Below, one piece after another: positions 19,745 to 29,634 of a stretch of DNA of 64,000 nt. The translations under genes and the position numbers were made by a program. Within the stretch, counting starts at the first letter, position 1. Every line of letters starts with the position of its first letter. This DNA comes from Promethearchaeota archaeon (GTDB lineage: Archaea; Asgardarchaeota; Lokiarchaeia; Sigyniarchaeales; SOKP01). Below the pieces are notes generated by a model. That model was not told where the DNA came from. It was given only the letters and a program-made list of their open reading frames with translations, and did no database searches. The DNA lies in assembly GCA_048938025.1 (NCBI GenBank), contig JBHLMP010000001.1:1-64000 (forward strand), written 5' to 3'.

Positions 19745-19954
19745 TTTTAATCACTTCTATTTTTAGCAAAATTTGATTTAATATTAAAGTGATATAGGGT
19801 GAATTTTTAAATAAATATTTTTGTCCAATCTTATATACCTCAGTTTAAAATGCTCTAAAATGAGCTTTTTAAAGTAAATATTCTTACTATAGAGTAAAAA
19901 GCAATGAAATTAGGTCTTAAGTGAAAATATTTGCATTATCAATTAAATTAATAT

Positions 19955-20170
19955 TTAGTCTTCTTTAAACCGAAAGGGCTGTGGAGGAGTTCCTGGTGGT
20001 CCAGGCGGTCCAGGACGTTCAGGTGAAGGATAGGGTGTTGGACGAGGGTATGGTTGAAGTGGTTTTCTGTTCAATAATTTTTCTAAAGATAATAATCGAT
20101 TTTCCAAGTCATCTAATCTTTTTTCAATTTTTATAATTCTTTCTAATAAATTTGGGTTTTCTATTGTCAT
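19955..20170 (-). CDS. Small coiled-coil protein with proline-rich tail
   Basis: LLERIIKIEKRLDDLENRLLSLEK followed by PYPRPTPYPSPERPGPPGPPGTPPQP. Confidence 0.7.
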   Translation of the reverse strand: MTIENPNLLERIIKIEKRLDDLENRLLSLEKLLNRKPLQPYPRPTPYPSPERPGPPGPPGTPPQPFRFKED

Positions 20171-20443
20171 TTTTTTATAAAAAATTAGTAATTTTCAATA
20201 TTCGAATATGAGATGAATTTTTTAAGAATTTAAATAAATTTATTCCATTCTATAATTACTAATTAATTATTTAAAGGTTATTATCATTTGGAATAATTGC
20301 TTGATTAGCTCTTTTTATATATTATATTTCTATAAATTTTTAGGTATATACTAAATTCACTAAATTTTGTATATCATAATTTATTTAGTTCGAGTATAGG
20401 AAAAAAGTATAAATTTTTATATCTTCAATAATACTTTAATATT

Positions 20444-21550
20444 ATGGAAAGCTGGAATATATCAAAAAAGTTAAAGAGCGAGTTATTAAAAAAATCTAGT
20501 AATATTGAGGACAACAATAGGAGGATACTTTTTATCCTTAGGAATTTAGGTCCACAAAGATTTACTAATTTGATAAAATATTCAAATTTAAGTAGATCTA
20601 CGGTTTCTAAATATCTTAGTATTCATAGAAAAAATAATAACGTAGAACAAAGAATAATTACTGATAAGCAAACAAAAAAACAATACCGTGGTTATGTAAT
20701 TACTGAAAAAGGAATAGAAAAACTAAGAGAAGAGCCTTTAAAACTAAAAGAAGAACTATTTATAGTTAATGAGTTAAAAGAAAACGTCCGAAAGCTCGAG
20801 GATTTAATAGATTTTTATAAGGAAATAAATGTAGAAGATGCATTTATAGTTCACATAGTGAGAATCATTTCTAAAATAGGAGATAATTTTTTTGAATTAC
20901 ATCAAGATAGAGATCTATATTTATCTCTTTTTTACATCTTTTATAACTCAATTCTTGGCCAAGGAGCTTTTGCAAGAAGATATTGGCGTTTTGATGAATC
21001 AAGTTCTCAAAAATTTCTTGGGTACAAATTGAATTTGGATCAGTTCTGTGAACTTCATAAAGTTTCAAGAGAAGCAATCAATTATTTAGCTAGATTTAAG
21101 TTAATAAAGGACGAGTTTGGCTTTTATTTAATTAAACGTGAACATAATGATTTCTTTTTTCATGAGGAAGATTTATTGGGAACTACAACACTCCGACTTA
21201 TTAAAGATAAATTAATTGATGAAATAATTAATCTTCAAGAAGGTATCTACGATATGATTTATGATATGGATATTCTGGCTGAAGAAATTACTGATCAATT
21301 AAAAGAAATGGGTTTAATATGGAACACTATTCAAGAACAATTTCAATTATTAGTATTAAATCTAATTATTAAGAACGCAATAGAAATGGGTTTTTTAGAT
21401 ATAGAGAGAGAAAAATTTATGGAAGGCGTTGCTCAATCTCAAAAATTATCTATGTCTGAAGAAGGCAAAATACTTCAAGAAACCATTTTAGATGGTTCAA
21501 GAATAGATTTAAATTTAAATATTCTTACTTTAACACCAAATCATGAATGA
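20444..21550 (+). CDS. Winged-helix DNA-binding domain protein
   Basis: RILFIL..RFTNL..LSRSTVSKYL..YVITEKG. Confidence 0.75.
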   Translation: MESWNISKKLKSELLKKSSNIEDNNRRILFILRNLGPQRFTNLIKYSNLSRSTVSKYLSIHRKNNNVEQRIITDKQTKKQYRGYVITEKGIEKLREEPLKLKEELFIVNELKENVRKLEDLIDFYKEINVEDAFIVHIVRIISKIGDNFFELHQDRDLYLSLFYIFYNSILGQGAFARRYWRFDESSSQKFLGYKLNLDQFCELHKVSREAINYLARFKLIKDEFGFYLIKREHNDFFFHEEDLLGTTTLRLIKDKLIDEIINLQEGIYDMIYDMDILAEEITDQLKEMGLIWNTIQEQFQLLVLNLIIKNAIEMGFLDIEREKFMEGVAQSQKLSMSEEGKILQETILDGSRIDLNLNILTLTPNHE

Positions 21551-21564
21551 TAATGTAGTACAAT

Positions 21565-22506
21565 TTAAGAGTAATTTAACATCTTTTCAATTGGAAGAAG
21601 TGCTTTTTTAGCAATTTCAGATGGTACTTTGACTTCATGAGTTTTATCATCCAAGTTTTCCAAGATGTATTTAATTAATTCGAGGTTATGTTTTTTCATA
21701 TTGTAGCAAATTAATTTCTCCTTAGGTAAATAATATTTTTTTTCTGGAAAATCTTGTTTCATCCTTTCAAGTAAACCCTCTTCAGTACCAATAATGAATT
21801 CAATCTCTTCAGAAGAACTGTTCTTTACTCTATTATACATTTGAGTAGTTGATCCTACAAAATCCGCTAAATCTCTTACATCTCTTATACATTCAGGATG
21901 AACAAGTAGTATTGCCTTTGGATACTTATTTTTGATAGCATTAATATCTTCAATGCTAATTTGAGAATGTACATAGCAATGACCTTCTGGTGGCATTTTG
22001 ATTGTTTTTATCATAGAGATTTGTTCAGCATAGTCAGCTAAATTTGCGTCTGGTCCAAATAGAACCTTATTTACGTTAAATTCTTCACTTATTTTTTTAA
22101 CAATATTAATAGCATTCGATGATGTACAACAAATATCTGATTCTGCTTTAACAACAGCAGTAGAGTTTACATATACCACTGCTGGAATTTCGGGATATTT
22201 CTTTTTAAAATCTCTCACATTTTTAGCAGTAAGAAAAGCAGCCATGGGGCAACATGATTCAGGATGGGGAATTAAAACATGTTTGTCTTGGTTTAAGATT
22301 GAAGCTGTTTCTGCCATGAAATCTACACCAGCGAATATTAGATATTCAGTAGCCTTTTCTTTAGATGTCCGAGATAGTCCAAGAGAATCTCCTAAATAAT
22401 CAGCAATTTCTTGTATTTCAATGGGCTGATAATAATGAGCTAAAATAATAACATCATTATGTTTTTTTAGTTTTAAAATATCTTCTTGTAGTTGTTTAAT
22501 AGTCAT
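21565..22506 (-). CDS. nadA: Quinolinate synthase
   Basis: LAHYYQ, GDSL, GVDFMAE, CPMA, YVNS, CCTSSN, CYVH, HPEC. Confidence 0.96.
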   Translation of the reverse strand: MTIKQLQEDILKLKKHNDVIILAHYYQPIEIQEIADYLGDSLGLSRTSKEKATEYLIFAGVDFMAETASILNQDKHVLIPHPESCCPMAAFLTAKNVRDFKKKYPEIPAVVYVNSTAVVKAESDICCTSSNAINIVKKISEEFNVNKVLFGPDANLADYAEQISMIKTIKMPPEGHCYVHSQISIEDINAIKNKYPKAILLVHPECIRDVRDLADFVGSTTQMYNRVKNSSSEEIEFIIGTEEGLLERMKQDFPEKKYYLPKEKLICYNMKKHNLELIKYILENLDDKTHEVKVPSEIAKKALLPIEKMLNYS

Positions 22507-22668
22507 TGTTTTATTTGAACTTCTCTTCTTTTAATTTCAATAAAAGATTCCATAAAAATAAGTTCTCTGATTATAAAAAATTAAACCATAATCATTATAT
22601 ATAATAAAATTGAAATTTTATTATTTTTAAATTAAAAGAAAAATCTGAATTAAGAATAAAACGGTGAT

Positions 22669-24099
22669 GTGATCAAAGTGGTACAAAGTGAAATAGCTCC
22701 GGAAGAATTGGTGAAAACTTCTAAAAAAGTTTCCTTTGGATTAACCTCATTAGGAGCTCAAGTTGTTCATGGAGTCTTTCAAGCATCCCTTATAATTTAT
22801 TTTAGAGAAAAGATGCTACTTCCAGAAGTATATATCTTTTGGGCATTCATGTTTTTTGCAATTTGGAATGCTATAAATGATCCCTTGTTTGGTTGGCTTT
22901 CTGATAAAACAAAAACAAAATGGGGCAGGAGAATCCCTTATTTAGCGGTTTTTACACCGATAATGACAATTTCATTTATCTTTATTTGGTTAAGTCCAAC
23001 TAAAGGTGAGATAGGTGAGCTTGGTGTGTTCTTTTATATGCTAATATTAATTTGTATATATGATACAGCTTATACAGCAGCATTATTAGTATGGACAGCC
23101 TTAGGGCAGGAGTTAAGTATGGATCATAGAGAAAGAGCCAGTATTCAAGTTTATTCTTTAGCATTAGGGGTAATAGGGACACTAATGGCATTGATATTAC
23201 CATCTTTCTTTTTAGATCAACCAGAAAGAGAAGGATTCATTTATTTAACTATTATACTTGCTGCTTTGCAGTTTATAACTATGATGATAACAGCGTTAAC
23301 ATTAAAAGAGCGGTTAGAATTTTCTCATGTTGATGAGCCTATGGGCTTTTTTGATGCTTTTAAGAACACACTCAAAAGAAAATCCTTTTTAACTACAGTT
23401 TTTATGAATTTCTTTTTGATTTTCATACAATCAGTATTATTTGGCAATTTGTTTTTCTATACTTACTATGCAATTCCCGATTTCAATTCTGATTTGTTAT
23501 TGTTATTAGTTGTAGGTTTTACAGTAGCAGGAGTAGGCTTCGGGACTTATTACACTGTAAAAGTCAATGAAGAGAAGGGTGTCAAAACTGCAATGCTTCG
23601 TGCTATAATACTTCATGGTTTAGGTTTCTTGTTAGTTGGAATTTTACCTGGAATATTTGCTGTTGTTGGATTTTTTTTAGTAGGGATTGGCATCTATGCT
23701 GCTATGACTTTATTTAATGTAGCTTTTGCTGAAGTAATTGATGAAGATGAAGTGGATACTGGAAGAAGGCGTGAGGCTGCTATTATGGGAATTAATGCTC
23801 TAATAACTAAACCTGCAGAGTCTCTCGCGGGAGGTTTCATTGCAATCATGTTACTTTTGTTTAAATATACAGAACCAATAGAGGAAGTTCAACAACCTCA
23901 ATCTGATCTTACAATCCTAGGTATAAAATTAGCGATGGGAGTAATTCCTGCCATAGTAGCGTTCTTAGCGGCATTTATTTATAATATGAATCCACTATAC
24001 GGTCAACATTTAAATGAAATTAAAACTAAAATGTATAAAATGCATGAAGAAAAGAAAGAAAAATTACAAGAAATTCTTCCAAAACGAGCTAAAGAATAA
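22669..24099 (+). CDS. MFS/GPH family sugar:cation symporter
   Basis: WNAINDPLFGWLSDKTKTKWGRRIPY, DEDEVDTGRRRE. Confidence 0.9.
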   Translation: MIKVVQSEIAPEELVKTSKKVSFGLTSLGAQVVHGVFQASLIIYFREKMLLPEVYIFWAFMFFAIWNAINDPLFGWLSDKTKTKWGRRIPYLAVFTPIMTISFIFIWLSPTKGEIGELGVFFYMLILICIYDTAYTAALLVWTALGQELSMDHRERASIQVYSLALGVIGTLMALILPSFFLDQPEREGFIYLTIILAALQFITMMITALTLKERLEFSHVDEPMGFFDAFKNTLKRKSFLTTVFMNFFLIFIQSVLFGNLFFYTYYAIPDFNSDLLLLLVVGFTVAGVGFGTYYTVKVNEEKGVKTAMLRAIILHGLGFLLVGILPGIFAVVGFFLVGIGIYAAMTLFNVAFAEVIDEDEVDTGRRREAAIMGINALITKPAESLAGGFIAIMLLLFKYTEPIEEVQQPQSDLTILGIKLAMGVIPAIVAFLAAFIYNMNPLYGQHLNEIKTKMYKMHEEKKEKLQEILPKRAKE

Positions 24100-25317
24100 T
24101 TAAAGGAGATTGTATTTTTGAGCAATCTCTATAAAACTTTGTGTAAAGTACTTTATCTGTTCCCAACTAAGACCATAAGTGTTAAATTTCATCTCTTTAG
24201 AGATTCCAGGGAGTAATCCAATAATCCCCCTTTCTTTAAATTCATCTCTTAGAAAAAATCCCTTTCGTGGATGACTTTCAGCAACTTTTGCAAAACCTTC
24301 AGTTTTTATATTAGTTAATGGATGAATTTTTGGTAATTTTCCAAGAATTTTAATTCCCATAACATTCCTAATATTATCTATTACATAATTGGCTTTTTTA
24401 GATTCTTCATCGACGACTTCCTTTTGAGCTCTTTTTACAATTGTAGGAAAACTTGCCATTAAAGTAATTAAAGGAGAACCATAGACAGGAGGACAACCCA
24501 TCACAGTACATATTTTGCTTGGAAAAGACTTAGAAGAAATATTTCCTTGGATTTTTGAATTAACCATGATATCATCATAAAACTCATTATTAAATCCTAA
24601 AATGCCAATTGGACCTGAAGCAGCCATAGATTTATGGCCACTGCATGCTATAAAATCAGCTGAATATTTTTTGCAATCAATTGGTAAAATACCACCAGAA
24701 TAAGCAGCATTTAAAAGAAAAGGGATATTAAACTTTTGGCATATTTCTCCGATAGGCTTAGGATCATTATAATTTCCATATTTGTAATCGACATGAGTTA
24801 ATACGACTAATAAAGGTACCACACCATCTTCTTTTTGAACTTTTTTAATAATTTTTTCATAATCAATAGCTTTAATATTAAATTCTGGATATCCAGAGTT
24901 TGGCACTTCACTAACTTTCAAATTATTTGATTCAATAGCTAAATAGGTCGTGTAATGAGCCAGACTATCAATTACAACAGTTTTACGTTTTGGATATTTT
25001 TTTGTTAAAGCCTCCATTACCAAACGTTTTGATTCTCTAGCTGCAGCAGTAAGCATAACGTTTTCTATATTTAGAAATTTTGCCATATCTTTTAAAAATT
25101 CTACTACAGGTGGATTTTCTATTTGATCAATCCTACCTTTTAGGCAATTATCACATAAACTATACCCATCTCCATAAGCTATTAACGACTTAAAAGCTTC
25201 AGGGGTTAACATTCCTCCCCGCTGGATAGGGTGAATATTTATGAATTCTTCATTTATAGTTCTGCTAAGATCTGAGTATTTTTGTACCAATTCATTATTA
25301 TATTCTAAATTACTCAT
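24100..25317 (-). CDS. pscS: O-phosphoseryl-tRNA:Cys-tRNA synthase (SepCysS)
   Basis: PIQRGGMLT, GDGYSLCDNC, AHYTT, THVD, SGHKSMAASGPIG. Confidence 0.93.
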   Translation of the reverse strand: MSNLEYNNELVQKYSDLSRTINEEFINIHPIQRGGMLTPEAFKSLIAYGDGYSLCDNCLKGRIDQIENPPVVEFLKDMAKFLNIENVMLTAAARESKRLVMEALTKKYPKRKTVVIDSLAHYTTYLAIESNNLKVSEVPNSGYPEFNIKAIDYEKIIKKVQKEDGVVPLLVVLTHVDYKYGNYNDPKPIGEICQKFNIPFLLNAAYSGGILPIDCKKYSADFIACSGHKSMAASGPIGILGFNNEFYDDIMVNSKIQGNISSKSFPSKICTVMGCPPVYGSPLITLMASFPTIVKRAQKEVVDEESKKANYVIDNIRNVMGIKILGKLPKIHPLTNIKTEGFAKVAESHPRKGFFLRDEFKERGIIGLLPGISKEMKFNTYGLSWEQIKYFTQSFIEIAQKYNLL

Positions 25318-25393
25318 TTTTCTTCTTCTGTTTTTGCTTTACGAAAATTATTATATTTTATAAAATTAAGATGAAATTAATAAATTATTTGGG

Positions 25394-27082
25394 TTGGTTA
25401 ATTTGATAGAAGATTTACAGTTCATCCACGAAAGCGAGTTTTGGTATATAAGTTCATTCTTAAATACTTCTGAAATAAATGGTCATCAAAAAAGCAAAGA
25501 AATTGAAAATCTTGTAAAAACAACATTTGAAAATTTAACTGAAGATGACATTTATCGTAAAGAACTAAAGAATGAAATTTTTGAAATGGTAAAGAATGTA
25601 ACCATCAACTGTAAATGGGTACCTTACTTAGATAACTTCCCTTATAAAGATGAGAACTCTGATCGAGAATTTAATACCTTAGGATATTTCCAATTTGACG
25701 TTGAGTATTATAAAGAAAATTTTTCTAAAAAAGAATCTTTAAGACCCATCTTAATCCAGCAAATTCCCTATATTCTCCATAATAAGTTAAAAGAATATAG
25801 TAAAAAACCTGAAAATAGAGGATTTTACTTAGATACAGAAAGTCCTATATATGTTTTTGTCACATCAAATAAAACCAAACCTAAAGAAATAGAATGGACT
25901 CAAAACAATATTAAACAATATAAAAAAGTGATTGCATATTGGAATGAAATATATTCAGGAGCATGGGAGGATTATTCAGAGATATTATATGATAGACGTG
26001 TTAAAAATAATCTTTCAAATCGACTAAGCGAATTACATTTTATCAGAAGAAATTCTGGATTTATCTATATGGCAGAAGAGAATTATAAAAACTTTTTTGA
26101 ATCATATATGAAGGAATTTGTACTAGAGCCGACTCCAAAAATGAGAGCTGTATTATTTGCTTTAAGATCAATAAGCGAGTCATTAGACTTATTATTTTTA
26201 AAAGCCCAATCTGAAGGATTTATAGATATAAATACTATTGAGAAGAAAATAAGGAATTTAAGATTTCTGAGAGGTTTGATCCAAACTAAATTAAGCTTAA
26301 TTTATGCTGAGTTGGATTATAATCGAAGGCAACATTATACACGAGTTTTAAAACATTTATTAAACGAATTTGAAATAGATTCTATTATCAGTAGATTAAA
26401 TGAAAAATTTAATATTATTTATGATTCAATGCAAAGCATCTACGTCAAAAAGAATGAGGAAGTTCAAAAAAGAACAGAGAAAGGGCTTAATTTATTAAAT
26501 TTACTTTTTGGTGCTGGAATATTAGCAGATTTGGGACAAGTGATAATGCTTGCTTTTACACTACAAGAAGGAGCCTCAACAACTATTTTCCTGAATGGCA
26601 TTATTGCTTTTATTATAACCAGTATTTTAATTATCACAATAGCTTTCTACATCTATATGAGATTACAAGTAAAAGAAACAGGTATTGGAAAAACTGTTGA
26701 TGCAGTTATAGAGGTTGGCAAGAATGAAGTTGTTTTAATCAAAAGAAAGTATCCTCCTTTCCAAGATTTTTATGCTCTTCCAGGTGGTTTCATTGAGAAA
26801 GGTGAAAAAGCTAAAGAAGCTGTGATTAGAGAAGTTAAAGAAGAAACTAATTTGGATGTAAGAATTATTAAGAAAATCGGTTTATATAATAAAGAAGGTC
26901 GAGATCCGCGTGGAAAGATTCATAGTACTGCTTTTAAATGCCAAATAATTGAAGATGCTTCTATTATGAAGAGTGGAGATGATTCAAAAGAGGTGGAGTT
27001 GATCTCGAAAGAAAATTTAAAAAGAATTGATTTAGCATTTGACCATGAACAAATATTAAAAGATGCTAATGTTCTAGATTAA
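25394..27082 (+). CDS. Membrane protein: helical N-domain, two TM helices, C-terminal NUDIX hydrolase
   Basis: Intact Nudix box GGFIEKGEKAKEAVIREVKEETNL, RDPR, LAFDH; two hydrophobic helices at about aa 365-425. Confidence 0.85.
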   Translation: MVNLIEDLQFIHESEFWYISSFLNTSEINGHQKSKEIENLVKTTFENLTEDDIYRKELKNEIFEMVKNVTINCKWVPYLDNFPYKDENSDREFNTLGYFQFDVEYYKENFSKKESLRPILIQQIPYILHNKLKEYSKKPENRGFYLDTESPIYVFVTSNKTKPKEIEWTQNNIKQYKKVIAYWNEIYSGAWEDYSEILYDRRVKNNLSNRLSELHFIRRNSGFIYMAEENYKNFFESYMKEFVLEPTPKMRAVLFALRSISESLDLLFLKAQSEGFIDINTIEKKIRNLRFLRGLIQTKLSLIYAELDYNRRQHYTRVLKHLLNEFEIDSIISRLNEKFNIIYDSMQSIYVKKNEEVQKRTEKGLNLLNLLFGAGILADLGQVIMLAFTLQEGASTTIFLNGIIAFIITSILIITIAFYIYMRLQVKETGIGKTVDAVIEVGKNEVVLIKRKYPPFQDFYALPGGFIEKGEKAKEAVIREVKEETNLDVRIIKKIGLYNKEGRDPRGKIHSTAFKCQIIEDASIMKSGDDSKEVELISKENLKRIDLAFDHEQILKDANVLD

Positions 27083-27167
27083 GTTTCTCTTCCTTTTTTA
27101 CTTATTTTCATAAGCTTATTATTTATAGCTAAATTCTTCAAATGTAGAAAAATTTAGGTATAAAATT

Positions 27168-27716
27168 ATGCCAATTATAATGCCAAGCCCAAGAACGGGC
27201 AAAAAACCCCAAATTCATGAAACTGCCTTTATTGCTCCCACAGCAGTAATAATTGGAGATGTTACAATAGGAGAAAATTCAAATATCTGGTTTGGAGCTG
27301 TATTAAGAGGAGATTGGGGAACAATTAAAATTGGAAAAAATACAAGTATTCAAGAGAATGTAACAATCCATCTTGAACAAGATAGTTCAGTATTTATAGG
27401 TGATGATGTCATTGTTGGACATCATGCGATGATTCATGGGCCAACAGAAATAGAAAATGGATGCGTTGTTGGAATTGGTGCAAATGTCTTACATAATTCA
27501 AAACTGGGTGAAGGAGTACAAGTTGGTGCTGGAGCGGTATTATTAAATAAAGAATTTCCATCAAGATGTTTAGTTGTTGGAATTCCTGCTGATATTAAGA
27601 AACACTTACCAGAAACAGGGAAGTTAGTGGGGGAAAGAACTTCTAAAGATTATGTACAAAACGGGAGAGATTTTAAAGCTTTTTTTAAAAAAAATCCAAA
27701 ATTTGCAAACTACTAA
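27168..27716 (+). CDS. Gamma-carbonic anhydrase family (hexapeptide repeat) protein
   Basis: AFIAPTAVIIGDV, WFGAVLRGD, IQEN..H, VGHHAMIHG. Confidence 0.92.
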   Translation: MPIIMPSPRTGKKPQIHETAFIAPTAVIIGDVTIGENSNIWFGAVLRGDWGTIKIGKNTSIQENVTIHLEQDSSVFIGDDVIVGHHAMIHGPTEIENGCVVGIGANVLHNSKLGEGVQVGAGAVLLNKEFPSRCLVVGIPADIKKHLPETGKLVGERTSKDYVQNGRDFKAFFKKNPKFANY

Positions 27717-27739
27717 CTATTTTTCTGTTTTCTTTTCTT

Positions 27740-28474
27740 CTATTTTGAGCAAATGCAATTTTCATTTTTAATGATATCTATTATATTAAATCTTAAATCT
27801 ACTAGATTTACCATTAATAGTTTATTTTCCAAATTTGGAAGTCCTAATGCTGTTTTTATAACTTCAAGAGCTTCTAACGTTCCTAATATGCCAGGAGTTA
27901 CACCTATTACTGGTAAAGGTCCTTCTTCTGGAGAAATTTTCTCTGGTTCAGAAAAAACACATTGATAACAAGCAGTCTTTTTTGGATTTATTGTAATGAT
28001 TTGGCCATAAAAATCTTTTATTCCAGCAATTATACACTTCAGATTATTTTGTATGGCAATTTTATTAACTAAAAACTTAGTTTGGAAATTATCAGAACAA
28101 TCTATAATAAAATCATGTCCTTTAACGTATTTTCTTATCGAATCTTCCTCTACATATTCTTTATAAGTATGTATTTGAACTTCAGAATTTAGATTAGATA
28201 AAACCGTCTTAGCTGATTCTGCTTTATCTTTACCTATTTGATTTTCATTATAAAGAATTTGTCTTTGAAGGTTTGAAATATCTAAAACATCATTGTCAAT
28301 TATGGTTAATTTTTTTATCCCAGCAGCAGTAAGATACATAGAACAGGGTGAGCCAAGGCCTCCGGCTCCAATTTGCAATACACTAATATTCGATATCTTT
28401 TTTTGCCCCTCCTCACCAATTAATGGAGAGATAATTTGTCTTGAATACCTCTCTTTTTGCTTTTCATTTAAAAT
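27740..28474 (-). CDS. ThiF/MoeB/HesA family E1-like adenylyltransferase
   Basis: Extended upstream to ATT 28474: LNEKQKERYSRQII..IGEEGQKKI, GAGGLG, SNLQRQ, DCSDN, CYQC. Confidence 0.9.
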   Translation of the reverse strand: MLNEKQKERYSRQIISPLIGEEGQKKISNISVLQIGAGGLGSPCSMYLTAAGIKKLTIIDNDVLDISNLQRQILYNENQIGKDKAESAKTVLSNLNSEVQIHTYKEYVEEDSIRKYVKGHDFIIDCSDNFQTKFLVNKIAIQNNLKCIIAGIKDFYGQIITINPKKTACYQCVFSEPEKISPEEGPLPVIGVTPGILGTLEALEVIKTALGLPNLENKLLMVNLVDLRFNIIDIIKNENCICSK

Positions 28475-28480
28475 TGAATT

Positions 28481-28855
28481 TCACCCACTTAAAATTTTTT
28501 TAATATTTTTAATAGCTTCTTCAATTTCTATGAAAAAAATACCTAAATTTGTATCTATATCTAACATAGAAACGAGAATTACTTGATTATCAATACTCAT
28601 GACTATAATTTGGTAATTATTAAATTCTACTGTTATATTATTTATGGTATCACTTCCTAAAGTTAAAGCAGCCGTTTCAATGGCACCAAACATGGTAGCC
28701 GCCATTGCCCCAAATTTTCTCTTGTCAACATCTATAGGTAATATTGAAGTAATTAATAAGCCATTTCGATTTGCAATTGCTATACCTATAATATCACTCA
28801 TAGTTTCTAATTTTTCCAATTCCTTATTAAGGCTTTCAATTTTTGAGTTATTCAT
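28481..28855 (-). CDS. Roadblock/LC7 domain protein
   Basis: GIAIANRNGLLITS, FGAMAATMFGA, ITVE, NLG pattern. Confidence 0.9.
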   Translation of the reverse strand: MNNSKIESLNKELEKLETMSDIIGIAIANRNGLLITSILPIDVDKRKFGAMAATMFGAIETAALTLGSDTINNITVEFNNYQIIVMSIDNQVILVSMLDIDTNLGIFFIEIEEAIKNIKKILSG

Positions 28856-28955
28856 AAAATCTTCAAGATATTTTAAAAATTGAATTATTACTAAATAGAA
28901 GAATATCAGATAATAATATTTAAAATTTTAGAAACTAGTTAATATTATCTTTATT

Positions 28956-29171
28956 TTATGCCTTAGCCTTATTTCTATAAAAAGATTTTTGCCCATTAAA
29001 TGGTCTGTGTCTATTTCGCCAAATTGGTTGTCTTAACTTTGCGGTTCGGCCAAAACCACAACTTGCACAGAACCTTTTTCTTCGATGATATGAATGTTTT
29101 CCACATCGTCGACATGTTTTATGGGTTGCTGCTTTATTTTTCTTCCCCTTACTTGGTGTTCCTTTTCCCAT
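28956..29171 (-). CDS. rpl37e: 50S ribosomal protein L37e
   Basis: MGKGTPS, THKTCRRCGKHSYH, CASCGFG. Confidence 0.96.
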   Translation of the reverse strand: MGKGTPSKGKKNKAATHKTCRRCGKHSYHRRKRFCASCGFGRTAKLRQPIWRNRHRPFNGQKSFYRNKAKA

Positions 29172-29192
29172 TTTTACCACCTTTATTCTTGT

Positions 29193-29501
29193 TTATATAT
29201 CATCCGCTTCATTTCTATGCATCAATTTTTCTTCAGTGTCTTCAGCAAAGATTAGTTTCTCTCGATCCTGACCTATGAAGATTATAGAGGCACCCCTTAT
29301 CATTACTGTTCCTAAATCTTTACTTCGCTTTCCACCACGTCCGAAATAAATTTCTTTAGCGTTTTCAACTACTAAGTTCATGTAATTATCAAACTTTTTT
29401 AATTTACCTGTTAAATAAGTGTTCCAAATCTTTAGCTTGATGCGAACCTCTTCCTTTAATATCGCTTTCGATAATGTACGATGAATTGTTTGCTGACTCA
29501 T
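29193..29501 (-). CDS. Sm/Lsm protein
   Basis: GKLKKFDNYMNLVV (Sm1) and LGTVMIRG (Sm2); directly upstream of rpl37e, the usual archaeal arrangement. Confidence 0.9.
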   Translation of the reverse strand: MSQQTIHRTLSKAILKEEVRIKLKIWNTYLTGKLKKFDNYMNLVVENAKEIYFGRGGKRSKDLGTVMIRGASIIFIGQDREKLIFAEDTEEKLMHRNEADDI

Positions 29502-29634
29502 CAAAAATTTTTCTTTAATTTTATAGATAATTGATAAAGTTAATTGTAAGATCAAATAAATATTTTTTTAAATATTTAAGGATTTAAAATAACATTAGGA
29601 TGTAGAATAGTAAATTAATGAATTAACATTAAAA

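Noticed and set aside
19745-19760. In-frame TGA just upstream of ATT-started genes read as selenocysteine recoding
   Set aside because: The TGA is part of the GTGA SD core (or the upstream gene's stop). For the ubiquitin-like gene the frame closes with TAG two codons earlier, no Cys-equivalent position is involved, and I saw no convincing SECIS.
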